A stretch of DNA of 24,174 nucleotides from Nitrospinales bacterium (lineage in GTDB: Bacteria > Nitrospinota > Nitrospinia > Nitrospinales > JAJDAT01): the NCBI GenBank assembly GCA_046757665.1, contig JBHHYO010000039.1:1-24174 (forward strand), given 5' to 3'. The notes below the pieces were generated by a model. That model saw only the letters and a program-made list of their open reading frames with translations, searched no databases and was not told where the DNA came from. The position numbers were made by a program, and so were the translations under genes. Positions 1 through 7,430 of the stretch are shown here, piece after piece (position 1 is the first letter of the stretch; every line of letters starts with the position of its first letter).

Positions 1-50
1 ACTCAAAAACAACTTTATAAAAAATACTCTAAATTACGCAATTAAGTACT

Positions 51-160
51 AGTGCTTCATTGCAAAAATCGCTCTTCGACAGGCTCAGGCCGACAAAATG
101 ATTGTCACGCTGAGCCCGTTGAAGCGTGAACTTCAAACGCGAACTTTGTAGCGAAGCACT
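51..160. mobile_element. MITE-like element (16-bp imperfect terminal inverted repeats) enclosing a REP-like palindrome
   Basis: AGTGCTTCATTGCAAA (51-66) vs TTTGTAGCGAAGCACT (145-160), 13/16 inverted match. Internal inverted pair CTTCGACAGGCTCAG (74-88) / CTGAGCCCGTTGAAG (110-124), 13/15. No transposase. Confidence 0.6.
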
Positions 161-284
161 GGCCGCGGGTTTCCGCTCCGCTCCAAAATGGATATCTGCT
201 ATAATCTCCGGCAAACAACGTGATCCGCTCAGCCCCGGCCAAGAGCGGAAAATCCCCACACCCGCCGCGGAATCGAATCGAACC

Positions 285-1208
285 ATGAACCGGCCTTCCG
301 GAATTTTAAAACGCTCCAGCGCATTGCGACTGCCGAAAAATTTCGATTATTGTCTGTTGGACACGGGTAACTTTCGCAAACTGGAGCAGTTGGGGCCGCA
401 CCGCGTGATTCGCCCCGCGCCCCAGGCCATCTGGCCCAACCGGCTTGCCGAGAAGGAATGGCAGGAAGCGGAAGCCGAGTACCGATACTTCAAGGAAAAA
501 CAATCGGGAGGGGAATGGACCTTTCACGCCGGCCTGCCGTCAATGGGATGGACGATTCGTTTCGCGGAGCTGGAGTTCAAAATCAATCCGACGGGTTTCG
601 GGCATATCGGGTTATTTCCCGAGCAGGCGTCAAACTGGCTGTGGATTCAGGATCGTATCCGCCAAGGCCGGAATGTGAACGTGCTCAACATATTCGGGTA
701 CACCGGCGCGGGCACGCTGGCGGCGGCGTCCGCCGGGGCGCGTGTCACCCATGTGGACGCTTCCCGTCCGTCCGTGACCTGGGCGCGGCGCAATCTGGAA
801 TTGTCCGGCCTGGACGACCGGCCCGTGCGCTGGATCGTCGATGACGTGCTGAAATTCCTCAAACGCGAGCGCCGGCGCGGCACCCGTTACGACGGCATTA
901 TCATGGACCCGCCCACCTTCGGACGCGGCGCCAAAAAGGAAGTCTGGAAAATCGAAAAGAACCTCCCGGAACTCATGACGCTTTGCCGGTCGGTACTCTC
1001 GGCAAAGCCGCGTTTTCTTCTCATCAGCACCCACACGCCGGGGTTTTCCGCGCTGACACTGGAAAACATGCTCCTGACCTACCTGGTGGAGCCGGGAAGC
1101 GGAACTCTGGAATCGGACGAAATGTATATCCACGACACCGCCTCCGGCCTCAACCTGCCCAGCGGATTTTATTCCCGCTGGAAACGAAAAAACCAGGGGG
1201 GAAAATGA
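285..1208 (+). CDS. Class I SAM-dependent methyltransferase (RlmI/RlmK-related family)
   Basis: Motifs VLNIFGYTG, HVDAS, IIMDPPTFGRG and N-terminal DYCLLDTGNFRKLE..IRP. Start moved from 126 (inside the repeat) to the in-frame ATG at 285. Confidence 0.85.
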   Translation: MNRPSGILKRSSALRLPKNFDYCLLDTGNFRKLEQLGPHRVIRPAPQAIWPNRLAEKEWQEAEAEYRYFKEKQSGGEWTFHAGLPSMGWTIRFAELEFKINPTGFGHIGLFPEQASNWLWIQDRIRQGRNVNVLNIFGYTGAGTLAAASAGARVTHVDASRPSVTWARRNLELSGLDDRPVRWIVDDVLKFLKRERRRGTRYDGIIMDPPTFGRGAKKEVWKIEKNLPELMTLCRSVLSAKPRFLLISTHTPGFSALTLENMLLTYLVEPGSGTLESDEMYIHDTASGLNLPSGFYSRWKRKNQGGK

Positions 1209-2734
1209 CGAGATATTTTTACGATTCGATCAGGAGTCATGCGGAAAAGACGCCGGACAAGGCGGCGGTGATCGACGGGGAAACTACTCTCACTTACCGG
1301 CAATTGCTGGAGCAGGTGGAAAAGTTTTCCGGCGCGCTGGGCGGTTTGACCCTGTCTCCGGAAAGCAAGCTGGGGATTTTATGCCTGAACCAGACGGAAA
1401 ACCTGGTCGCCGTGTTCGCCGCTCTTCTCAAGGGCGTTCCCTTTATTCCCTTGAATCCGCTGTTGACGCCGCGGGACCTTGCCTTTATCGTTCAGGACGC
1501 GAAAATCGACACCCTGCTGGTGGACGGGGTCTTTGTGAAACCTGAGACCGCGCCGTTTTTTCAATTGTTCCGGCACAAGATTCTGGCGGGCAAGTGCGCG
1601 GATACCGGCCTGCTCGGCGACGGCGCGATCGGATTCGCGGATTTTATCGGCAACGCGGACCGGCGGAACGGTTTAAAGGCGCATGTCCGGGCTCCCGGCA
1701 TTCCGGATGCGATTTTGTACACTTCCGGCACCACGGCGCGGCCCAAGGGGGTGATGCTGGATGAGTCGCAATTTTATCTGAACACGGGGGCGTTCCTGGA
1801 TTACTTGCAGTTGGGCGCCGAAGAGCATTGCATCGTCGCCCTGCCTCTCTTCCACTCTTTCGGCAACATCATGGCGATGACCCTGGTCCGGGTCGGCGGT
1901 TGCCTGATCCTGTTGCGGCAGTTCGCCCCGAAAACCATACTTGCCGAGATCGCCCGGCATCGGGCCACCGTACTGCCTCTGGTGCCGACCATTTACGCTT
2001 TCCTGATCGATTTGTATTCACGCGGCGGCTACGACGTCTCCTCCCTGCGGCTGTGCATATCCGGCGGCGCGTCACTGCCGGAGACGCTGTTGAAAAAGGT
2101 CGAGAAAACCCTGGGCGTGACGGTGATCGAGGGCTACGGGCTCACGGAAACGTCTCCGGTCATCGCCGTCAACAAGACGTCGGAGGGAAGCGTTCCCGGT
2201 TCGGTAGGCTACGTTCTTTCCAATGTGGAGATCAAAATCGTTGACGACGCCGGCAGTCCGGTCGAGCGGGGCCAGGTGGGAGAAATCCAGGTGCGCGGCC
2301 CCACGGTCATGAAAGGCTACTGGAACCGTCCGCGGGAAACCCGGGAAATCCTGAGCCCGGACGGCTGGTTGAAAACCGGCGACCTGGGTCACCTCGACGA
2401 CCGCAACCGCCTCTTCATCTCCGCCGGCAGAAAAAAAGACCTCATCATCCGCGCCGGGGAAAACGTCTCGCCGCTGGCTATCGAAAACGCTTTATTAAAC
2501 CACCCGGAGGTGATGGAGGTTGCCGTAGTCGGTGTTCCCCACCAGCGCAAGGGAGAGCAGGTCAAGGCCTGCATCGTTCTCCGGCCCGGCGGCTCCGCCA
2601 CGCAACAGGACCTGAAAGGCTATTGCCGAAAGCACCTGCCCGCCTTCATGGCTCCGGATATTGTTCAGCTTTACGAGGCGCTTCCCAAAACCGCCACGGG
2701 CAAAATCCTGAAATCGCAATTGCGCGAGGCATAA
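1205..2734 (+). CDS. Long-chain fatty acid-CoA ligase / AMP-binding (ANL) enzyme
   Basis: YTSGTTARPKG, GYGLTE, TGDLG and PKTATGK adenylation motifs. ATG at 1205 overlaps the upstream stop (ATGA). Confidence 0.9.
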   Translation: MTRYFYDSIRSHAEKTPDKAAVIDGETTLTYRQLLEQVEKFSGALGGLTLSPESKLGILCLNQTENLVAVFAALLKGVPFIPLNPLLTPRDLAFIVQDAKIDTLLVDGVFVKPETAPFFQLFRHKILAGKCADTGLLGDGAIGFADFIGNADRRNGLKAHVRAPGIPDAILYTSGTTARPKGVMLDESQFYLNTGAFLDYLQLGAEEHCIVALPLFHSFGNIMAMTLVRVGGCLILLRQFAPKTILAEIARHRATVLPLVPTIYAFLIDLYSRGGYDVSSLRLCISGGASLPETLLKKVEKTLGVTVIEGYGLTETSPVIAVNKTSEGSVPGSVGYVLSNVEIKIVDDAGSPVERGQVGEIQVRGPTVMKGYWNRPRETREILSPDGWLKTGDLGHLDDRNRLFISAGRKKDLIIRAGENVSPLAIENALLNHPEVMEVAVVGVPHQRKGEQVKACIVLRPGGSATQQDLKGYCRKHLPAFMAPDIVQLYEALPKTATGKILKSQLREA

Positions 2735-2813
2735 AAACCCGCGCCACTATTTCACGGCCAACATTTTTATTTTTCCCTGGGAGCCGGGCGCGGACACCTG
2801 CTACCATACGGGT

Positions 2814-4652
2814 ATGCGTATCGCCCTGGTCAACATGCCGTTTGGCTTCCATATCTACCCCTCGATCCAGTTGGGGACGCTCTCCACCCTCCTGAAAACC
2901 CACGGTTGGGAGGTGAAGAGTTTTCATCTGCTCCTGCATTTCGCTCACCAGCTCGAACTGCCGGTTTACAACAAACTCTGCGAGGAACGGTTTTTGGTCG
3001 GCGAATGGCTGTTCTCCGAATTGCTGTTCGGCGATGCGCCGAAAAACCGGGAGTACCCCGTCCATTACGCGGCTCACCTTCGGCGGATTTGCGAATCGGT
3101 CGGCCGCCCCGCGGACTTTCTGACGAGCGTCAAGACCCGGTTGGCGCCGGAGTTTCTCCGATGGGCCGCCGAGGCTTTCGACTGGGGAGAGTACGGCGTG
3201 GTCGGCTTCACCTCCACCTTCAACCAGAACCTCGCCAGCTTGACGCTGGCCAAACTGATAAAGGAAAGGCATCCCGGCGTCAAAATACTTTTCGGCGGCT
3301 CCAATTTCGAATCGGAAATGGGGCTGGAATATTTCCGGGTCTTTCCGTGGATCGACTACGTCGTGCCCGGCGAGGCGGAGCCGGTACTGCCCGGCCTGCT
3401 GGAAGCCGTCGAACGCGGAACCGACATCCCCGGGGGAGTGGCGCACCGCCGCGACAGCGAAGTCGTTTACGAATCCGAGCAGTCGATTTTCACGGCATTC
3501 GACAAGTACGGCGTACCCGATTACGACGACTATTTCGAGCAACTGCGGCAAATCGACCCCGCCTCGTCCCTGCTGGACAATCCCATCATCCTTTACGAAA
3601 CCGCCCGCGGTTGCTGGTGGGGTGAAAAGCATCATTGTACTTTCTGCGGCTTGAACGCCTTCACCATGAAGTTCCGTTGCAAGTCGATGGAGCAGGTCCA
3701 GGCCGAGATCGCCTGCCTGTCCAGGCGATACGACACGTTCCGCTTCCGCATCGTCGATAATATTCTGGAGATGAAATACATCGAGGGCGTATTCGGGAAA
3801 TTCGCCCGGGAAAACTACGACCTCGAGTTTTTTCTTGAAGTGAAAAGTAATCTGACCGGCAAGCAGATCAAAACGCTGGCACAGGGTGGCGCGACCGTCA
3901 TTCAACCGGGGATCGAGAGTTTCAGCGCCAACCAGTTGCTGGAAATGGACAAGGGCGTGCGGCCCATGCAAAACATCCTGTGCCTGAAACTGGCGTTGTA
4001 CTACGGGATAGAAGTCACCTGGAACATCCTGACGGGGTTTCCGGGGGAAACGGACGAGGACTACCGCCGGCAAATCGACATCATCAAATCCCTGCATCAT
4101 CTCCAGCCGCCTCTCGGCGTGGGGACGCTCTGGCTGGAACGGTTCAGCCCCTACTTCACCCGGCCCGGCGATTACGGCATCACCATCACCGGCCCCGGGG
4201 AGGCCTATGCGTATGTGTACGATTCGGCGGATATCGAACTGATGAAAGTCGCCTACGACTATGAATTTGAGACCGCCGGCGGGGTCGATCCCCAGTTGAG
4301 CGGGGAATTAAAACAAGAGGTGGAGGAATGGAAACGGCGGCATCAATCGGAGCAGACGCCGTTTCTGTTTTTCACGAAGTCGGTGGATTTCGTCGCCGTG
4401 TACGACGGCCGGCCGCAAGGCGCGCCGACAAAAACGCGATACGAAGGCGCCGCCGCCCACACCATTTTGTTCTGCAACGAAAATCCCAGAACCGCGGCGC
4501 AAATCCAGAAGTATATCGAAGAAACCACCGGCAAAAACACGCCCCCCGGCGAACTGGAAACCACTCTCGCCGACCTGCAACGCCGCCGCATCCTTTTCGA
4601 GGAGCGCGGCAAATACCTTACCCTCGCCCTGGCGCACAACGCGCATTTGTGA
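2814..4652 (+). CDS. B12-binding radical SAM C-methyltransferase, 'RiPP maturation radical SAM' type
   Basis: N-terminal LVNMPF..PSIQLGTL, VVGFTSTFNQ..SL and GEAE (cobalamin-binding region); RGCWWGEKHHCTFCGLN (Cx7Cx2C); IQPGIES; WNILTGFPGE; LERFSPYF. Confidence 0.88.
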   Translation: MRIALVNMPFGFHIYPSIQLGTLSTLLKTHGWEVKSFHLLLHFAHQLELPVYNKLCEERFLVGEWLFSELLFGDAPKNREYPVHYAAHLRRICESVGRPADFLTSVKTRLAPEFLRWAAEAFDWGEYGVVGFTSTFNQNLASLTLAKLIKERHPGVKILFGGSNFESEMGLEYFRVFPWIDYVVPGEAEPVLPGLLEAVERGTDIPGGVAHRRDSEVVYESEQSIFTAFDKYGVPDYDDYFEQLRQIDPASSLLDNPIILYETARGCWWGEKHHCTFCGLNAFTMKFRCKSMEQVQAEIACLSRRYDTFRFRIVDNILEMKYIEGVFGKFARENYDLEFFLEVKSNLTGKQIKTLAQGGATVIQPGIESFSANQLLEMDKGVRPMQNILCLKLALYYGIEVTWNILTGFPGETDEDYRRQIDIIKSLHHLQPPLGVGTLWLERFSPYFTRPGDYGITITGPGEAYAYVYDSADIELMKVAYDYEFETAGGVDPQLSGELKQEVEEWKRRHQSEQTPFLFFTKSVDFVAVYDGRPQGAPTKTRYEGAAAHTILFCNENPRTAAQIQKYIEETTGKNTPPGELETTLADLQRRRILFEERGKYLTLALAHNAHL

Positions 4653-4698
4653 AGGAGATTTAAGCAACTGTTTTAGCCGCTTTTTTTATTCAGTGCGC

Positions 4699-4734
4699 TT
4701 GAAATTTTATTTTGTACGTATATACTATGTATAT
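4699..4734 (+). promoter_or_regulatory. sigma70-type promoter of mazEF overlapped by a palindromic operator
   Basis: TTGAAA (4699-4704), 16 nt, TATACT (4721-4726). A perfect inverted repeat ATATAC-TAT-GTATAT (4720-4734) covers the -10, as expected for TA autorepression. Confidence 0.65.
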
Positions 4735-4766
4735 CTAAATTGTTTTTAAAGGAAAGGTGAGGTGTC

Positions 4767-5003
4767 ATGGATTCCATGATCGGCGCGTGGGGAAACAGTC
4801 TTGGATTAAGAATCCCGAAAGCTTATGCCAGAGCGGTTGGGCTGGATAATGGAACTAAAGTCAAAATAGTCGTTGAGAAAGGACAACTGGTTATCAAACC
4901 TCTGAAACGGTATTCCCTCAGAGACCTGGTGGATCAAATATCCTCCGATAACGCTTACGGGGAGATGGATTTCGGCAAGCCCGAGGGCAAGGAGGTATGG
5001 TAG
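4767..5003 (+). CDS. mazE: AbrB/MazE-family antitoxin
   Basis: WGNSLGLRIPK N-terminus, Y-S-L-x-x-L-V and G-K-P-E-G-K-E-V-W C-terminus. RBS GAGGTG upstream; overlaps the toxin gene. Confidence 0.92.
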   Translation: MDSMIGAWGNSLGLRIPKAYARAVGLDNGTKVKIVVEKGQLVIKPLKRYSLRDLVDQISSDNAYGEMDFGKPEGKEVW

Positions 5004-5347
5004 CAAAAAAGAAATACGTCCCCGAGCGAGAACATATTATCTGGCTTAATTTCACTCCTCAGGCAGGGCATGAGCAAGCGGGACACCGGCCCGCCCTGGT
5101 TATCTCTCCAAAAATCTTCAATGAAAAAACCGGGTTGGTGATCGCCTGCCCTATCACATCCAAGGTTAAAAACTATCCTTTCGCCGTGAACCTTCCGCCT
5201 AAATACGGCGGCGGGTGCGTTTTGGTCGATCAAATTAAAAGCGTGGATTGGCGTGTTCGCAAGGCACGGTATAAATCAAAGGCTCCCAGGAAGGCTATGA
5301 GCGAGGTCCTGGGAAAGCTGGGCGCTCTGATTTTTGAAGAGGAATAA
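4997..5347 (+). CDS. mazF: MazF/PemK-family endoribonuclease toxin
   Basis: YVP..IIWLNFTPQAGHEQAGHRPALVISP..FN..TG..IACPITS..DQIKSVDWR. Confidence 0.95.
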   Translation: MVAKKKYVPEREHIIWLNFTPQAGHEQAGHRPALVISPKIFNEKTGLVIACPITSKVKNYPFAVNLPPKYGGGCVLVDQIKSVDWRVRKARYKSKAPRKAMSEVLGKLGALIFEEE

Positions 5348-5367
5348 ATTCTACCTGAAATATACGC

Positions 5368-6648
5368 TCAGGAGTCGGCGGCGCAACGGAAGCCGACGCC
5401 CTCGGCGCGCAGGTCGTGCCAGAGCCCACTGCGGTTGGCGGAGCGCAGTTCGCCGGGGCCGGTGTTCCAGCCGCCGCCGCGAATGCCTTTTGCCTCCGTC
5501 GGCGGCGGTCCTTTGGGATTTTCCCTGGGGCTGAACCGGTAATAATGCTCGTCCATCCAGTCCGCCACCCACTCGCCCACGTTGCCCGCCATGTCGTGAA
5601 GTCCGAAGGCGTTGGCGGTGAATGACCCCACCGGCGCGGTGCGCGGAAAGCCGTCGGTCGCGGTCGCTACCCGCACATTCAATTCGCAGGCGCTGTCGCA
5701 AAAGTTGGCGTACTTGCCGTCGATGCCGTCTCCCCAATAATAATTGCTAACCGAACCGGCGCGCGCCGCGTATTCCCATTCGGCTTCCGTGGGCAGGCGC
5801 TTGCCCGATTTTTTGCAAAAAGCATCGGCCTCGTCCCAGGTCACGCTGTCCACCGGCAGGTCGGGTCCGGGGTTTTGCGACGGATTGGACTCCATCATCA
5901 ACTGAAAAGCCCTTTGGGTGACTTCGTGCTTGTCCATGAGGAACGAGGCGACGCAAACCTCATGCGCGGGTTGCTCGTCCGGACTGCCCGATGCACTGCC
6001 CATGAGATAGCATCCGCCCGGAATGGCGACCTTTTCTATCGGGGCGGACTGCTGGGAAGCGGCGATGATGCCTTTATTGACAACCGCCTTGAGTTCTCTT
6101 ACCCGCTCGTATGTCGTCCGCAGAACGCCGACGTATTTTATCCGCACCTGGTACTGGGGGACGAGTTTCATTTTCCCCGACTTTTTAAAAAACAGGCGGT
6201 AGTGAGGGATGGGCTCGGTCAATTTCAAGTCGAGGTAATTTTTCATATTGTTTTTGCCGCTTTCCGGGGCGACCACGGTTTCGTCCACCAGCTCGGCTTC
6301 CAGAGGCTCGGCCTGGCCCTTCTCGAATACCAGCACGTTGCGGCCATGGGCGACGGGCATTGCCAGAATACGGTCAACAAAGACCTTGGCCTCGCTGAAT
6401 TTTCCCAGCTTGATTTTCACTTCCGCCAGGGATTTCAAAATGCGCGGGTTATCCGGCTCCAATGCCAGGGCGCGCTCGAAGGCGCGTTCCGCCTCGGAGA
6501 ATTTTTTGTCGGCCCATGCCTTGTCGCCGGCGGCGGCCAGGACGGCCAGGTCCTCCCCGGCCGCGCTGATAGCAAAAAGAGGGAGCGCCAGGGCAAACCC
6601 AAGAATCAACAGATAGCGCGTAAAAAATGTGTCCTTTTCTTGCGTCAT
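5368..6648 (-). CDS. Exported TPR-containing protein with C-terminal FGE/SUMF1-fold domain
   Basis: Hydrophobic N-terminal signal; TPR-like AERAFERALALEPDN; FGE-fold motifs MDKHEVT, RLPTEAEWEYAAR, NAFGLHDMAGNVGEW, RGGGW, GFRCA. Confidence 0.85.
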   Translation of the reverse strand: MTQEKDTFFTRYLLILGFALALPLFAISAAGEDLAVLAAAGDKAWADKKFSEAERAFERALALEPDNPRILKSLAEVKIKLGKFSEAKVFVDRILAMPVAHGRNVLVFEKGQAEPLEAELVDETVVAPESGKNNMKNYLDLKLTEPIPHYRLFFKKSGKMKLVPQYQVRIKYVGVLRTTYERVRELKAVVNKGIIAASQQSAPIEKVAIPGGCYLMGSASGSPDEQPAHEVCVASFLMDKHEVTQRAFQLMMESNPSQNPGPDLPVDSVTWDEADAFCKKSGKRLPTEAEWEYAARAGSVSNYYWGDGIDGKYANFCDSACELNVRVATATDGFPRTAPVGSFTANAFGLHDMAGNVGEWVADWMDEHYYRFSPRENPKGPPPTEAKGIRGGGWNTGPGELRSANRSGLWHDLRAEGVGFRCAADS

Positions 6649-6789
6649 GTAAACGTCCTCAATCGAAAGAATTTATTGAAACCTGTCGCGGAGTTGGCGG
6701 TGTTTCCGCCGCCACATCATTATACGCTTTCGGGTTTGCCGGTCCGCAAGAGGAAAATTTCGTCTTGAACCAACACCTACCCCCTGCCG

Positions 6790-7402
6790 CCTTTCAACCT
6801 GCCGGGTCGAAAGGGCTTCCGCCAGCGCATACCTGCACTCCACGCTATATGTAAGGGATAAAAACGGAGGCCGGAGGCGGGAGACCGGAAAAAGCTTTAA
6901 ACCGCAAAGGCGCCAAGGGCGCAAAGGAAAAAGCCCCCCAGCCCCCTTCCAGAAGGAGAGCAAATTTCAAATGGGGTTTTTCTGTGTTCATCTGTGTACA
7001 TCGGTGGTTAGATTTTTTCTTTTCTTTGCGCCCTCTGCGCCTTTGCGGTGATTTCGGCATGGTAAATTTTAATCTTCAAACGGCGGGGTTCGGCATGGGA
7101 AAATATGAAACAAAAATATCTTTTAATATCAATATATTATAATAATATTTTTAAAGCTTTTTCGAGGACGGTTTTTCCGCAAAATCCGGTCATTTTTTAC
7201 CTGACGGGAGAGTTGGAGAACCGGTTGCATAACAAGGGGTTGTCGTCTTTGCAGGCTGACATTTAGACTATTTCGTTCCTCGTTTTTCAAAAATTTTTTT
7301 TTCGTAAAAACCGGCCCGGTCAGGGTTTTTGAAAACCTGGATTCGCTCAACTTATTTGAAACAAGGGGGTTGGATTAACGGATATGGACTGCTCGGTCAG
7401 GC
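6790..7402. repeat. Copy 1 of a ~600-bp composite non-coding repeat (terminal hairpin, arm A 6821-6893, variable palindromic slot 6902-7048, arm B 7045-7402)
   Basis: 6821-6893 matches the reverse complement of 21882-21954 at 65/73. 7045-7287 matches the reverse complement of 21499-21741 at 200/243 without gaps. Weaker similarity continues to GTCAGGC (7396-7402 vs 21383-21389). Confidence 0.92.
6901..7049. repeat. REP-like long palindrome with nested half-palindromes
   Basis: ACCGCAAAGGCGCCAAGGGCGCAAAG (6901-6926) pairs with CTTTGCGCCCTCTGCGCCTTTGCGGT (7024-7049). The loop contains CCCCCCAGCCCCCTTCCAGAAGGAGAG (6934-6960) and TCTGTGTTCA-TCTGTGTACA-TCGGTGGTT (6981-7009). Confidence 0.85.
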
Positions 7403-7430
7403 GTGGGGTTCAAGGCGCCCGGCCGCCCGG

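Noticed and set aside
163-270. Possible long hairpin TTCCGCTC (171-178) / GAGCGGAA (243-250)
   Set aside because: Only about 8 bp of stem with a long loop. It could be a decayed palindrome but is too weak to call.
126-284. N-terminal extension of the methyltransferase ORF
   Set aside because: It begins inside the MITE-like repeat; family similarity starts only after about 285-340.
2646-4100. 484-aa minus-strand ORF, and similar long antisense ORFs at 5875-6768, 7329-8408, 11796-13013, 15808-17289, 16889-17962, 19404-20606 and 21879-22871
   Set aside because: They lie opposite well-supported genes, have no recognisable motifs, and are expected shadows of GC-rich coding sequence.
4662-4688. 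Terminator after the radical SAM gene
   Set aside because: A T-tract is present but the stem (AAGCAACT/AGCCGCTT) is weak and mismatched.
6829-6857. dif/Xer-like site around CTATATGTAAGG
   Set aside because: Poor match to the XerD arm TTATGTTAAAT and no XerC arm symmetry.
6673-7350. Short ORFs within the repeats (6673-6963, 6845-7060, 7129-7350, 21653-21856, 21766-22149)
   Set aside because: Starts, stops and extents are not shared between the two copies; the translations simply reflect palindromic DNA.
7045-7402. CRISPR array or orphan CRISPR leader
   Set aside because: No repeat-spacer array or cas gene is present. The TTCGGCATGG direct repeat is only 10 bp and occurs twice. Kept only as an architectural analogy.
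6790-7402. Group II intron remnant, tRNA or known riboswitch
   Set aside because: No domain V motif, cloverleaf or aptamer consensus recognised by eye. An Rfam search is still advisable.
6764-7414. CTTGAACC...GGTTCAAG as terminal inverted repeats of copy 1
   Set aside because: Only 8 bp are perfect and there is no equivalent pair around copy 2.
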